Shown here piece by piece: positions 47,509 through 63,074 of a stretch of 64,000 nt of DNA; within the stretch, counting starts at the first letter, position 1; the number at the start of each line of letters is the position of its first letter. Made by a program: the position numbers and the translations under genes. This DNA is from the human T2T-CHM13v2.0 reference genome, Homo sapiens. The stretch lies in NCBI RefSeq assembly GCF_009914755.1, contig NC_060932.1; one strand, 5' to 3'. Under the pieces are notes generated by a model, which saw only the letters and a program-made list of their open reading frames with translations, searched no databases and was not told where the DNA came from.

Positions 47509-47872
47509 TGCTATGGACTGAATTGTATTCCCCAAAATTCGTATGTTAAGCCCCTAATCTTGCAGGTGATGGTATTTGGAGATGAGACCTTCCGGAAGTG
47601 ATTAGGTTTAGATGAGATCATGAGGGTAGGGGCCCCCATGATGGAATTAGTGCCCTTAAAAGAAAAGAGAGCTTCCTTTATCTTTCTCTTCCATATTAGG
47701 ATACAGCAAGAAGGCAGCAGTCTGATGCCAGGAAGTGAACCCCAAGCAGGTCCTGCATCTGCTGGCATCTTGATCGTGGACTTTCCAGCCTTCATAACCA
47801 TGACAAACAAATTCTTGTTCAAGCCACTCAGTGTATGGTATTTTGTTATGGCAACCAGAACTGACTAATACA
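47509..47872 (+). mobile_element. MLT1A-like solo LTR
   Basis: TGCTATGGACTGAATTG...GTATTTTGTTATGGCAACCAGAACTGACTAATACA. Confidence 0.88.
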
Positions 47873-48233
47873 CCCTGCTTCATGATTTCTACACTAGTAA
47901 TTTGGTTTTGGTTCCATGCTGAGTTTTTCCCAATATGTTCTATGGTCTTTTTCAGTCATAAGTGATCTGGACTCATCTTTCTTCAGTCATAATCTACATG
48001 AAATGAGGTAAATTACAGCAAACTCCAACCCCAAGTGCAAATTACATTCATTGAATCCAGTTTTAAAACTCATCTGAGGCCATAGCATTTTTATTGCCTA
48101 AACAATTATATCTCACAGCTCACACATATGGGCCCAAGAGTATCCACAGATTGATTCCAATTTCTTTCACTCAAATATTAAATGAACTGCCAGAGTTAAA
48201 AGACAGTTATATAAATTCAATACCAATAAATAA

Positions 48234-48352
48234 GGACCGGGCAGGGTGGCACAAGCCTTATAGTTCTAGCTACTCAGGAAACTGAGGTGGGAGGGTTGCT
48301 TGGGGGCAGGAGTTCAAGATAAGCCTAGGCAACATAGAAGACTCCTATCTCA
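48234..48352 (+). mobile_element. FLAM-type Alu monomer
   Basis: GGACCGGGCAGGGTGGCAC...GGAGTTCAAGATAAGCCTAGGCAACATAG. Confidence 0.8.
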
Positions 48353-48519
48353 ATATGTATTTAGACACCTACCATATGCCATGTACTAGAAGGTACCAGA
48401 ATATCCTGAAGGTTTAGGCATCTGTGGATTTAAATTCTAGTTTTGTCTCTCATTAGCTTTTAGAATTTGTGTAAATCACTAAAATTTTCTGTTTCATTTC
48501 CTCATCTTGAAAAAAATTA

Positions 48520-48820
<301 letters not shown>

Positions 48821-48918
48821 TTGCGTTGGACTAGACCAGAGTTCCTCACTCTCAATGTATCAACACAGTTGTGGGAACTACAAGTTATTTATTATTGATA
48901 ACCTTTAAAACACTGTAA

Positions 48919-49228
<310 letters not shown>

Positions 49229-49449
49229 CTGAAAAATTTTTAATGAAAGTTCAAAGTTGTATCTCTATTAACTCCTTTCACCATTATTTTAACACATTTT
49301 TTGAGAGAAATGAGCTGTGTTGAAGTGAATGTCCTGAAATGTGCACATGACATTGGGTATACATCAAAGTTTGTTGTACATGTTAGTATCATTTATGTTG
49401 CAGCCCAAAACAAGCAAAAACCCTTTAGATACAGTGGATATATGATAAT

Positions 49450-49940
<491 letters not shown>

Positions 49941-50507
49941 TGCGTTGTCTGTAGGACATTTAGTATCAATGCTATGAATCAGAGACCACTGTAGTGGTTC
50001 AGAACACAGGCTTTAAAATCCATCAAACTTGGGTCTAAAACCTGGCTTTAACGTATGCATTCTATGTGATCTTCTAAAACCAAGCTAACTATCAACCTGT
50101 GTCAGCCTTGCTTTCCACATCTGTAAGAGTGAAATAGTACAGAACATTATTTTCTCATATACTGTAGCTGTACAACCAGCTACTATATATGTTTTGAATT
50201 TTGATTTTTAGATTTTAGAATGATACTTGGCAATAAGTGTTTAATAAGTGTTGGCTATTGTCATTAATCTAAATATAAAATGTTTCACACTTCTAATTGT
50301 AATTTTTTTCAAATGTTAGTTTTTTATTTCATTATTTTTATTTTTTTAAATGTTAGTTTTTTAATATTAAAAGTTTAAAAATACAGAAATGTAATTTATA
50401 AAGAGATCCATTTCCACCGTGTTCTCATCACTGTCAGAGATTTAATAGCTCACCCCATTTTCCTTAGAAAATGCTTCTGTTCTGGAGTGTGGGATCCTTT
50501 TGCCCAG

Positions 50508-50830
50508 AGCAGTTACAGAACTTTGCATGGTATATGAAAGCTGAGGCTTTTAGAGCTTGTGAACCAGAATATCTGAGAGGAGAAAGTCTAGACCATAGAT
50601 ATACATTGGTTCACTTAACTCTGAGGCGGTAGGAGCAGCACATCCCCAAAGACATGTGACTACACAGGAGACATTAACTTGGATCAAGTGATACAATGAT
50701 TCCTGGAAACTGAAGAGTTAAAAATTTTATGCCTTGGGAGTTTTAAGGACGAGGCTAAGTGGCATGGAGAAAGTGGTTTCTATGGACAGTGTAGAAGTGG
50801 AACATCAGTCCTCACGCAGATCACACAAAC
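50508..50830 (+). pseudogene. Possible decayed large exon (..KLRLLELVNQNI*EEKV..LDQVIQ*FLETEELK../LGVLRTRLSGMEKVVSMDS)
   Basis: CCTTTTGCCCAG| acceptor; coiled-coil-like peptides across stops and a frameshift; 3' boundary unclear. Confidence 0.3.
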
Positions 50831-53418
50831 TTTAACACCAGCATTTTTCTAGGTCACCAGAATGGATAGCTATCCAAAGGCCCTTTCCTCCCAAATGTTC
50901 TGCATTGCATAAGCATTAATGTATTCTCCTGTGAATCACAGAGAGACTCTTGGTCTCCAGGTCATGGATGAAACAATTTCCTGCCAACTTTGAGAGAGAT
51001 TTATTTTGATAAAGCAAAATAATGTAATTAAAAAATATATGAGCATCATGGGGGATAATGGTATCCATTATATTTAACTATCTAAGGACTTTAGGAAAAG
51101 ACTCTTTCAGGACCATGCCCATGTCACATGATAGAGCATGGCCTGCTTTGCTTCATGTATCTGTTCTGTATTGCAGTGATGGGGTAGATGAGTGGAAATG
51201 AAACTAATAACATCAAATGTTCTTTCCACAAACACCAAAAACATAATTGAATAAATTGGAACATTTTGGGTCTAGGGTTATGCCGAATTAGAATGAAGCC
51301 CTAGAGGATGTGAAAGACCCCTGTACAGATGAGCAACTCAAAAATTAAACGGTCACATGTGAAAAAAATTGACACCACCAGCAACATGAGGTCATGTTTC
51401 ATCAGAAAGGCTTGACCAGCTAGAATGACAAACAAGTCTAAAGGTGACATGGTGCACTTTGAATGTGTACAAGTGGAGGCTGTGTTGAAAATAACAACAT
51501 GCCAGAATGTGGCATGAGTTTGAATCCCAACTCTGCCATTTATTACTTGTGCATTCTTGGCATAGTCAGCTTCCATTTCTTCTGTAGTAAAAACTGGTAA
51601 TGTAATTGTCAATTGGGCAAGATTATTATAACAGTTATATAGATAATTCACATATGAGAATCCCTCATGCAGTACATGGCACGTTTTAGTAACTCAATTG
51701 GTTCAATTTATTTCAGTCAAGACCATTCAAATCAGGAATAATTTTTTTTTAATTGGTCAAACATCTGGTTGTTTGGTGTTATCCAGACATGTTGGATTGA
51801 CTCTTACTTTCCAACCAGATGTAGAATCTTTTTGTATCCATCCAAATATTTAATGTTGTGCAGACACACCAGGATTACACTTTTAACTCTGAAAGGACAG
51901 CCAGTGATGTACTATCCAAATAAATATGCATGCAAAGACAAAAATAACAAATCGGGCCTAAAACATTTGAGAAGTTCCGATCTCTTTCCTCATATATTTT
52001 ATTAAGTGTTCCAGGAAACTTAATTTATGGAGGAGATAAACAGCACTGAGATTGCCTTAAAAAATTGTGTAACATTCAGCCTGATACATACGATCAAAAA
52101 GGGAGGGTGGATGACCTGAAGGAAGACAGGGTGGAACTAACCAGTACTAGTTGTGCACTCTAGACTAGTGATTTGAAAGAAAATGAAATATTAGCAGAAA
52201 CTTACCGGCTTTTAAAATAAGGGATACAACCTTGCTTTAAACTGGCTTCAGCCAGAAAGGAATTGTTCACATAACCCAAAACTTTAAAAAATCCAGTGGC
52301 AGATCTATGATCAGGCTTGGCTAGGACCAAAGACTCTACCACTATCACTAGGACTTGATCTCTTTCTATCTCTCAGCTTTTTTTTTTTTTTTCCTCATTT
52401 TGAACTTTATTTTTAGGCAAATTCTCTCCTTTTGTTTTGATGATATAGCTACCAGAAGCTATTCTGAGTTCAACTTTCAGCAGCTCTATTACATCAACAG
52501 AAATGAGAGGGATGCCAATTCCCAGTTGTTTCAACAGAAGTCCTGCATTTGGCCCAGTTTTCCGGGCTTCAATCATATGCCTGTTACTCTAGGAGGTGGA
52601 GCTCTCTAAATGATCTATTCTAATATTGGGTGGTAATAAGTCATGAATGGGAGAAATATTATGTCCACTTAAACAAAATGGACTATGAGTCAGGGCAAAG
52701 ATTCGCCAAAGGAAAAATAACTGTTGTTATTGAAAAAAGGGAGAATGTTTGTCCACCAAAGATCTTTTATGCAGACAAAAATCTTGGAGGGAAAGTTATC
52801 ATATCATGTAAAAGATACAGAAGTCCAAAGCTGGTCTGACTTAGGAAGGGATGGTGATCAAGAGCTCTTCATCTCACTTACTTCTTACCAATCTCCAAGA
52901 GGTCCTTCTGATAACATAAAGAGAAACCTATTCCTCCTCAGATCGACATAGAAATAATCACAAGTGCCTCATTCAACCTCAAACTCTGGCTCAATAATAT
53001 TTGTTCTCAATTAAACAAGTTTATTCATGTAAATGGTTTAGAAAAATGCCTGGCATAGAGTAAATACTCAGTAAATGTTAACCATTAGTGTTATGAAATA
53101 CATATTATTAACCATGCAATTAATTACAAAAATAATTCTGCCAACACCCCAAATAACTCTAGTACCTGTTAAGCATTATAAGTTCTTCCATGACTATTCT
53201 ATGCAGTCATACCCATCCACTCTCCATATCCTAAAATGCCTATAAAAGCAAGAGCAGATAAGTTAAATAAACATTTTTTTGTTGTCTGGAAATTTTGATT
53301 GAGGTCTCAAAGGTAAAAACAATTAGCATTAAAGTCCCTTACATTCTGAAGAGAAGCTCTTAATCATACATGAAGGAATTACAAAGAAGTATCCCAAACA
53401 AGTTATTTAAAGAATTGC

Positions 53419-53725
53419 AGCTGGGTGCGGTGGCTCACACCTGTAATCCCAGCACTTTGGGAGGCCAAGGCGGGCGGATCACAAGGTCAAGAGATCAAGA
53501 CCGTCCTGGCTAACATGGTGAAACCCTGTCTCTATTAAAAATACAAAAAAATTAGCTGGGCTTGGTGGCAGGCGCCTGTAGTCCCAGCTACTCGGGAGGC
53601 TGAGGCAGGAGAATGGTGTGAACCCGGGAGGTGGAGCTTGCAGTGAGCCTAGACTGCGCCACTGCACTCCATCCTGGGCCACACAGTGAGACTCTATCTC
53701 AAAACAAACAAACAAACAAAAAAAG
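53419..53725 (+). mobile_element. Alu (Y/Sc-like)
   Basis: Full Alu, (CAAA)n tail, TSD AAAGAATTGC. Confidence 0.95.
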
Positions 53726-54110
53726 AATTGCTTATCATCCACCTCTATCCTACATAAAAGACAAGCTGGCCATTTCATTATGGAAATTTATAAGTAAGTA
53801 TTTCCAGGGAAGATTTTTCAGCCTGGCAGTAAATGCTATGCATTGATTCTCACCTTCTTTTGGGAGGAAGAATAGACAGGCATGATCCTACCATAAAAAA
53901 AAGTAAGGGGAAGTTGAAGGGGCCCACTTGTAGACAGGGGTAACTTAGAAAGAGGGAAGAATTGCATCTGTTACCCTTGGTCTAGATATTTCATAGGAAA
54001 GAATTTGTAGTTCCATCCCAGGTCACCATCAGAGAGTAATAGAAATACATTTTTAGGAGAAGTCTATTCATTCAGGGTTTGATACAGGCGTGGTACTTTT
54101 TTTGTGTCAG

Positions 54111-54447
54111 AATAATAATCATAGAAAGTACAGTGATTGGGTTTGAGCCATCTTGAAAGGAATTTGACCAAAAGAGATGCCTCTGTGTCTAAATAACCTT
54201 TGAAGTAAGAGTTTATACAACCTACAACCTGTGTCATTGGAGTAGAAATTGAGGACAAATTGGAAAAAAACATCAGCCAGACCTAGCATTATCCCTTTCA
54301 GGGAATGGTACAAGTTATCAGCTATGATGGTGGCAGTAGGCAGAAGGGATTCACAGTACAATGAAAGTCCCTTATAAGAGAGAGACCATGTTATCGAGCA
54401 TTTGGGTATCTGCTGGACAGAAGTCATTCACCTGCTGGGAGAGAAAT
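54111..54447 (+). pseudogene. Possible decayed exon (NNNHRKYSDWV/HLERNLTKRDASVSK*...L*ERDHVIEHL)
   Basis: TTTTTTTGTGTCAG| acceptor; coiled-coil-like peptides; frameshifts and stops. Confidence 0.3.
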
Positions 54448-54674
54448 GTAAATAACATCATACAAGTAAAAATTCATTTTGCCATTTTACTGCTCTTTCC
54501 TTTTTCCTGCTTCATACTTGAAAGACCAGAAAACAGCAAGAAAATGAGAAAGGATTGTGAAAGGTCAGAGAAGACACCATCACATCCTCCTTCCCCACAG
54601 CAAGTTAGTGCTTGGGTTGGACACATACTGGGAGGAAACGGAGGGAAAAAAAATGAAGAAATGAAGATAAATAA

Positions 54675-54828
<154 letters not shown>

Positions 54829-54972
54829 TAGAGCACAGCCTAGTGATAATATATTTTTATTTTAATACATAAAATGGGACTATTCTAATAAAAGAAAGTA
54901 ACCCAAGATCTTGAGTTTTCTTGATATCCTGACAAAGGGCAGGAAGAAGGTTTGAAGAAAAATAAGACTATT

Positions 54973-55270
<298 letters not shown>

Positions 55271-55469
55271 AAATAAGACTATAGCTGATTGAACCTCACC
55301 AAGACTTGTAATATCAGTAGACTGTTTACAAATATATTCCAGATAATTTGCCCACTACCTTCATGATTGTTCCCAATGAATTCACATTTGCTGTCAACAA
55401 TTTGGGCACAAAAAAACCTCTCTGTACTATGACATGAGTAGGCACATGTGCAATGACATCCACATTTTT

Positions 55470-55948
55470 AATGGTTAACTGGAGATGGCTTGTACCGGCT
55501 TGCAAGAGCCAATTGCTAAAATTTCAGAAGTTTTGTGATCCAGTTGGTAAACTCTGGCATTACTGTAATTTAAATTACATTAGGTATAAGCTTACAATCA
55601 AATAAATTATATTACAAATAATGGTAGTAAATACTCAAAACTTACCGCTTTTTAATGATTTTATTGCATTTAATTATTTTACTGCATTTATGCTCTTAAG
55701 TTTATTTATGGCTATTATGTATGGTAGAAACACTTTGTAACATTGTGCTACCACTATGCATCTCTTTCCAATTGCATGTTCAATGATGACCTGTTGATAG
55801 CTTGATATCGGCCATAGTGAGACTATTTACATCACAGAAATAAGCAAATGCTACAAATTAAGGTCCTTTTGTTGTTGTTGTCATTGTTGTTTTTGTTTTC
55901 ATTTCCCTGTAGAGCTGGTAACTTCAAATATTTACCAGCACACCACTG
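55470..55948 (+). mobile_element. MER63B-like hAT-Blackjack relic
   Basis: GGCTTGTACCGGCTTGCAAGAGCCAATTG...TTTACCAGCACACCACTG. Confidence 0.8.
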
Positions 55949-55983
55949 GTAATCCCTGGTAAACTATTCTTTAAGAGTTCTAG

Positions 55984-56363
<380 letters not shown>

Positions 56364-56479
56364 TCAAAATTCCCTCTAAGAAGTAGTAAATATTCAAGGA
56401 TACATTTGCATATACATATACAATTGTGAGAAAATGCTTATGAATGAGCAATATTGTGCTATTTTAAAAATATGTTTGA

Positions 56480-56787
56480 GGCCAGACACGGCAGCTCACG
56501 CCTGTAATCCCAGATATTTGGGAGGCCGAGGCAGGTGTATCATTTGAGGTCAGAAGTTCAAGACCAGCCTGGCCAATACGGTGAAACCCTCTCTCTACTA
56601 AAAATACAAAAATCGGCCAGGTGCAGTGGTGGGTGCCTGTAATCCCAGCTACTCTGGAGGCTGAGGCAGAGATTTGCTTCAACCTGGGAGGAGGAGGTTG
56701 CAGTGAGCTGAGATTACACCACTATACTCCAGCCTAGGTGACAGAGCAAGACTCTGTCTCAAAAAAAAATAAAAATAAAAATAAAAA
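56480..56787 (+). mobile_element. Alu (AluS)
   Basis: Full Alu; TSD AAAAATATGTTTGA. Confidence 0.95.
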
Positions 56788-57114
56788 TATGTTTGAATGG
56801 CTCATAAAGAAAAAGAAAAGTCTTGGCTTTTAATAAAGAAAAGGATCTCCAGCCTGTGAAACTTCTTTGGGAAACAAAGAAAATATTTAATGCTGAAGAA
56901 TTTTGTTCACAATTTATCTTGTGAAAATAGTATATATATACATACATATATATCATTTATGACATCATTGTCAAACTGCTGAAAGCCAAATATAATTAGA
57001 CAGTCCTTAAAAAGCAAAATAAAAGGGACATAATATATATAAATTAGAAAAAAATGGCAAAAAAAATTTTAATGAAATTTTAGAAGTGCTGAAAAATACC
57101 ATCAATGTAGAATT

Positions 57115-57409
57115 CTTTTTTTTTTTTAGACAGAGTCTTTTTCTTGTTGCCTAGCCTGGAGTGCAGTAGTGCAATCTCAGCTCACTGAAACCTCTGCCTC
57201 CGAGGTTCAAGTGATTCTCCTGCCTTAGTCTCCCAAATAGCTGGGATTACAAGCGCCCACCACCATGCCAGGCTAATTTTTGTATTTTTAGTAGAGATTG
57301 GGTTTCACCATGTTGGCCAGGCTGGTCTCGAACTCCTGACCTCAAGTGATCTGCATGTCTCGGCCTCCCAAAGTGCTGAGATTACAGGTGTGAGCCACTG
57401 CACCTGGCC
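57115..57409 (-). mobile_element. Alu (AluS)
   Basis: TSD ATCAATGTAGAATTCT. Confidence 0.95.
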
Positions 57410-57964
57410 ATCAATGTAGAATTCTATATCCAGTATAATGGTTTGTCTATCTACCTATATATTTATATCCATATTCATGAATAGTTTTTCTCTTAATTTT
57501 TAATTGCATAAAGTACAATTTATAACACTATATTGTTTTATTTTATAGGTAATGTAACATGTATGAATATAATATAGCAAGGATAGTGGGGTAAATAGAA
57601 CTATATTTTTCAAGATTCCTATATTAATACTTGTGATTCAATATTGAATTTAAGTAGATTTTGAAGATTTAAAAATGATAATTCCCAGCGCAACCTCTAA
57701 AAAGAATTCAAAGAAACACAGCTATAACAGCAATAGAAGATGTGTAACAGATTACAAAAATATTTGTTCAACATAGAACAGGGAATAAAGGGAGAACAAA
57801 AGAAATAAACTTATGAGACAAATAAGAAAGTTATAGCCAATAGCAGGCCTATATCTACCAATTTTACTCATCACTTTAAATGTAAATAGAGCAAGCATTT
57901 GAATCAGAAAGCAGAGACTGCCAGAATACATTTGAAGGAAAAGGATGGCAAAACTATATACATC

Positions 57965-58310
57965 TGTCTCATCAGTTTGGGCTACAATAACAAATTACCA
58001 ATGACTGGGTGGCTTAAATAACAAACACTTATTCTCACAGTTCTGGAAGCTGGGGAGTCTAAGATCAAGGTGTGAGCAGATTCAGTGTCTGGTGAGGGTC
58101 TGCTTCCTGGTTCACAGATGGCTCTCTTCTCATTGTATATTCAAATGGCAGAGAGAAGAGAGAGGAAACAAGCTCTTGTCTCTTCTTATTATGGTACCAC
58201 TCTCATTCATAACTACTTTCCAAAGGCCCCATCTTTTAATACTGTCATATTGGGAATTAGTATTTCAATGTATGAATTGTGGGGGAGACACAAACTTTCA
58301 GTCCATAACA
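57965..58310 (-). mobile_element. MLT1A/B-like solo LTR
   Basis: GACTGGGTGGCTTAAATAACAAACACTTATTCTCACAGTTCTGG...TTCAGTCCATAACA. Confidence 0.85.
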
Positions 58311-58394
58311 ACACCCTTAAGAAGACTTACTTTAAATAGAAAGATACAAATACTTTGAAGATAGAAGAATGATAAAAGATGTGCAATACAAAAA

Positions 58395-58435
<41 letters not shown>

Positions 58436-59540
58436 AGCTGGAAAGGCTATGCTGACATCAAATTACATAACCATCAAGGCAGACTTGTTATTTAATAATA
58501 AAAAGAGCCAATTCATAATGTTAAAGAGAATCATTACATTAGGAAGATATAACAATTATAAAGGTGTATACACCTAATGATAAAGCTTCAAAATACATAA
58601 AGCAAAAACTGACAGATCAAATAGGAGAAAGATAAATTTAAATATAAAGAAGATGTGAACAATGCTATTGGCAGCCTTAACTGAAATTTATGAAAGACTG
58701 TCCCCAAAACTGTATTTAAGTACACATGGAATGTTCACAAAAATAGTCTGTATGTTCAGCCATAAAATATTTCCATAGATTTTAAATGATTGGTATGCCA
58801 AAGAGCACATTTTTATCAAAAAGTAATTAAATTACTTAATAATAACAGGTTCTAAACATTTTTTGGATCAAGAAAAATTAGGAAATATTTTAATTGAATG
58901 ATGATGAACACATAATATACCAAATTTCTGGTGTGCATTTATATTGTATGAGGAAAAATTTATATTGAAAAACACATCAGAAATAATGAAAGATCTAAAG
59001 CAATAATTGAAGCTTCTATCTAAAGAGGGTAGAAGAAAGGTGAGCAAATTAAACACAAAATAAATAAAAGGAAGAAAAAAATAAAGATCATAGAAAAATA
59101 TCAATAAAATAGAATATAAAAAATCAGGGAGAAAGTCAACAATTTCCTTCAAAAAAGAAAGTTATCCTTTGAAAAGATCAATAAAACTGATAAATTTCCA
59201 GCTTGAATAATCAAAGAATAAAAACACACAAACCACCAGTATTAGGACTGAAAGAAGAGATACCACTGCAGATACCGAAAAGGATAAAGTAGTACTATGA
59301 ACAAATTTATGCTGATAAATAGACATAAATAGGGCATCTTATTATATATACAGTATAGCTCAGTAAAGTCAACTTATGACAAAAGAAAAATTATCAGTTA
59401 AATAAAGCTGAAGATAGATTCAGATTTTAGTAATGAAAATTACTTCTCATATAAGAAATAAAGAGAAAAATAGAAAATTTTGGAACTTTAAAAAAAGTCT
59501 AATTTAAAAATATAAATCCCAGCTGCATTATTAGTAGCAT

Positions 59541-59616
59541 TTATATATTATATTATATATAATATAATATAATATATTATATATAATATATTATATATAA
59601 TATATTATATTATAAT
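59541..59616. repeat. Pure AT quasi-palindromic repeat
   Basis: Mixed TATAT/TATAA array with no G or C. Confidence 0.9.
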
Positions 59617-59689
59617 GAAGTCACTGAAAGCCTTAGCCATTTCTTTGTGCACAGCTTTTGTTCTTTCCCCTTGTTTTTAAACTGGAAGC

Positions 59690-61420
59690 ATTTTTCTCTC
59701 ATTGTTTTCTAGTAGTTTAATTATTTCAGTTGTGATAGACATTTTGATCAATTAGTTATGAAGGAATGTGCTTTTTATATTTCCAAGTAGTTGAGATATA
59801 TTTGGAATCTAACACTATACTTGTATTATTTTCAAGTATACTTTGAATTTCAAATAATTTTTGTTTTGAATAAATTTAGTGTTCTGTTGTTTGGTGCATA
59901 TAGATTCATCATGTTACATATGCATTGGATATTTATCATTAAATAATGTCCTATTCTGTCTTGTTTTATGCTTTTAATCATAAATTCTACTTTGTCTTTG
60001 ATTAATATTGACACCATTTTTCTCATTTTGTTTGATTAGTTTGGTATCTTTTATCCCTCACATTACTTTCAATATTTATCACTTTATTTTAAGTGTTTAT
60101 TTAAAATAGCATATAGTATGCTTTGCACTAACCCAATCTGATATTCCTGTCTATACAATAAAATTTTTTGTCTTGTCAAATTTATTTTAATGTTATTTCA
60201 CTTCTTTCATCATGCTGTATATTTACATTAATTTTTTTTCTTTTCTCTAACATTGCTGGTTTTATTGCTTAGATTGTCCTTTTTAAAAAAATTCATGTTA
60301 ACTTTGTTTTCTATTACTATTAGCAATTCTTTAGCCTATTTTTTAAAAAGCACTGAAAATTAAAACCCTATTTATCTTTTTTAGACAAAAATAAGTAATA
60401 GCTGACACAAGTATATTTTAATTCTTGAAACAACTCAAGGGATGCACACTAATATCTCCATTTTACAGATGAGATGGCTGAGCAACAGAAAGTTTAGTTA
60501 CTTACCTAAGATCACACATCTAAGTAGTATGGAGCCAACATCTGTACAGTAACAACCAAGTTATATGGCTTTTTTCTCTGTGTTTTTACTGTATTTGCCT
60601 ACTGCTTTCCCTCATCTCAATAGAATAAAATCTTTAGATAAGAAATGTCCTCCCATCTCCTACCTTCCCCCCTCTTGAATGCCTTTATCTCTTTTCTATT
60701 GCCAATAATCAGATTTTGCTATGATCATTAGTGCACAATTTAAAAAAAAAGCCTACATAAGGAATTTCAAGAACTCTTTTTTTTATTTTTTATTTTTTTA
60801 TTTTTATTTTTTTTTTTGAGACAAAGTCTCGCTCTGTCACCCAGGCTGGAGTGCACTGTCATGCTCTCAGCTCACTGCAACCTCTGCCTCCTGGGTTCAA
60901 GCAATTCTCCCTGCCTCAGCCTCCCTAGTAGCTGGGATTGCAGGTGCCTGCCACCATGCCCAGTTAATTTTTGTGTATTTAGTAGAGATGGGGTTTTGCC
61001 ATATTGGCCAGGCTGATCTCGAACTCCTGACCTCAGGTGATCCACCTGCCTCGGCCTCCCAAAGTGCTGGGATTACAGGCATAAGCCACCATGCCCAGCC
61101 TCAAGAACTCTTTTATAGCACTTATGTTACACATTCTCAGAGAGTCTATCTTTCCTGCCTTATTTTATAACTTTCATTGAGATACAGTGTTGACACATTT
61201 TCTGATTTTTTTTGCAAATCCATAAGAATTTTTCTTTTATTAATAGAGAACAGGATTTTTTTAGTGTATATGTGGTCCTTTTATTCTCAGTGCTTTGTTG
61301 ATGTTGTCCCTTCATCTTCTACTTCCAGTGTTGTGAACAAGAATTCAGATGCTAATCTGAGCTGGTTTTACTTTGAAGGTATTTTTCATCTAGATCAGAA
61401 ACTTGCTTGTTTATTAATTT
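59690..61420 (-). mobile_element. Old L1ME-like relic fragments
   Basis: TTTGGTGCATATAGATTC..., TTAAAATAGCATATAG..., GTGAACAAGAATTCAGATGCTAATCTGA. Confidence 0.55.
60776..61100 (-). mobile_element. Alu (AluS)
   Basis: TSD TCAAGAACTCTTTT. Confidence 0.95.
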
Positions 61421-62759
61421 CTTGTTTGTTTTTATCTGCCTTCCATAGAAATGCCTACTTTTTGAGAGCAGGGCTATGTTTGAATTATTCATTCTTACTC
61501 CCTTGGCTCTTAGTGCAGTGTCTAGCAATTCATTAACGTACACTATATTTGATAAATAAATGAATACTAACAGAATGATTACCATAGTGGGGAACATCAA
61601 TCAGGTAATGCTCAATAACCAAGGATAGTAAATAGTTACCAATATGGTCAGAAGTCAAGGAGTAGAAATATGTCAATCATTTGCCTGAGGTTCAAGGAAG
61701 GGCCAAATCCAAGAGGTGGGTAGAATCTCTGGGCAGGTTTCCCTGGCAGAAACACAGGATCAGAGGATTGAGCAGGTACCTTGTGATAAGAAGTATGAGA
61801 TTAAAGAGCATGTGATAAGGAGGCAGAGATGACAGAGTGGGCACAAATGGGAGTCCAAGTCTTAGCACAAGAATCTCTGTACTTTCACAATGAAAATGAT
61901 TTGATAATGAACCCTGAGGTCATTTATTCATTCATTTGCTTAACAATATTTAGTGAGTATTTGTGTGGGGGGCAATAGGGTTAGGTTGGTTACATAGTGG
62001 GGAATAAAGTAGATATAAACCCTGCCATCATAGAACTTAGTGTTTAGTGTGGAAGAACTTGATTTACATAATTATTTTCTTCAGAAAGTAGAATTCAAGT
62101 TGTCCTAGCCAGAAGAGAAGAGGAGAAACAGATCGAAAACCAGGCTGGATGAGACAAGTGCAAGTAGGAAGAAGTCTGGACTATATATACTAAAGGAGAG
62201 AGAGCAGAGACAAAGATGTAAATGACATATGATCTTGTTTCATGATGAAATGGCAATAGGATCCAGAAGACATGTGATAGTACTATAGATCGGTAGAAGT
62301 GGTTGGTGTAATATGAACTTCCAAGTGGCTACAAAACAGAGTGAAATTAATAAGATAATAGTTTCTGAAAGAGGCAAGGTTTTGCATACTGTTTGAAAGA
62401 AGTGGTAGAGGGCATGAAGGTTTTTCTTGTCAAATTTGTCTAGGTTTAGGGAAGAGCATCACAAAGCAAGGCCACGTGTAACTTGGGTACAGATCTTTCA
62501 AGAGGTAATGATAGCAGATGTGCTCTGCGGTGTCTGAGGAAATATAACAGGAAGTAAGGAGAAATGAGGTCAGAGGAGAGAGAGGACTAGGAAAAAACAT
62601 GATGAATGCCAGGCAGCCATGTTTTAAATGAAGAAGAGAAATATGAGCAAGGAACATGTAGATAAGAGTGATGTGGGAGAAAAATAATTCTTGCTGCTGT
62701 GCTCCAGATATGGAAATTAATTATTATTATGAATAGAATACTAATATGGCTATTCATGC

Positions 62760-63074
62760 TTTTGCTTTTTTGCTTTTTGTTTTTTGTTTTTTGAGGCAGG
62801 GTTTCACTTTGTTGCCCAGGATGGAGTGCAATGGCACCATCATAACTCACTGCAGCCTCAATTTTCTAGGTTCAGGTGATTCTGCCACCTCAGCCTTACA
62901 AGTAGCTGGGACTACAGCACACACCACCACGCCTGGTTAATTTTTTGTATTTTTTGTAGAGACAGGATTTTGCCATGTTGCCCATGCTGGTCTCAAACTC
63001 CTAGGCTCAAGCAATCCGCACAACTCAGCTGCCCAAAGTGCTGGGATTATAGGTGTGAGCCACTGCACCCAGCT
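62760..63074 (-). mobile_element. AluJ-like
   Basis: CATAACTCACTGCAGCCTC...CTCCTAGGCTCAAGCAATCC. Confidence 0.92.

Larger units (their letters stand above)
56960..59320 (+). mobile_element. Old L1M relic (end of ORF1 to ORF2 EN region) with nested Alu and MLT1
   Basis: CATTGTCAAACTGCTGAAAGCC; GCTTCAAAATACATAAAGCAAAAACTGACAG; TTTGAAAAGATCAATAAAACTGATAAA. Confidence 0.8.
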
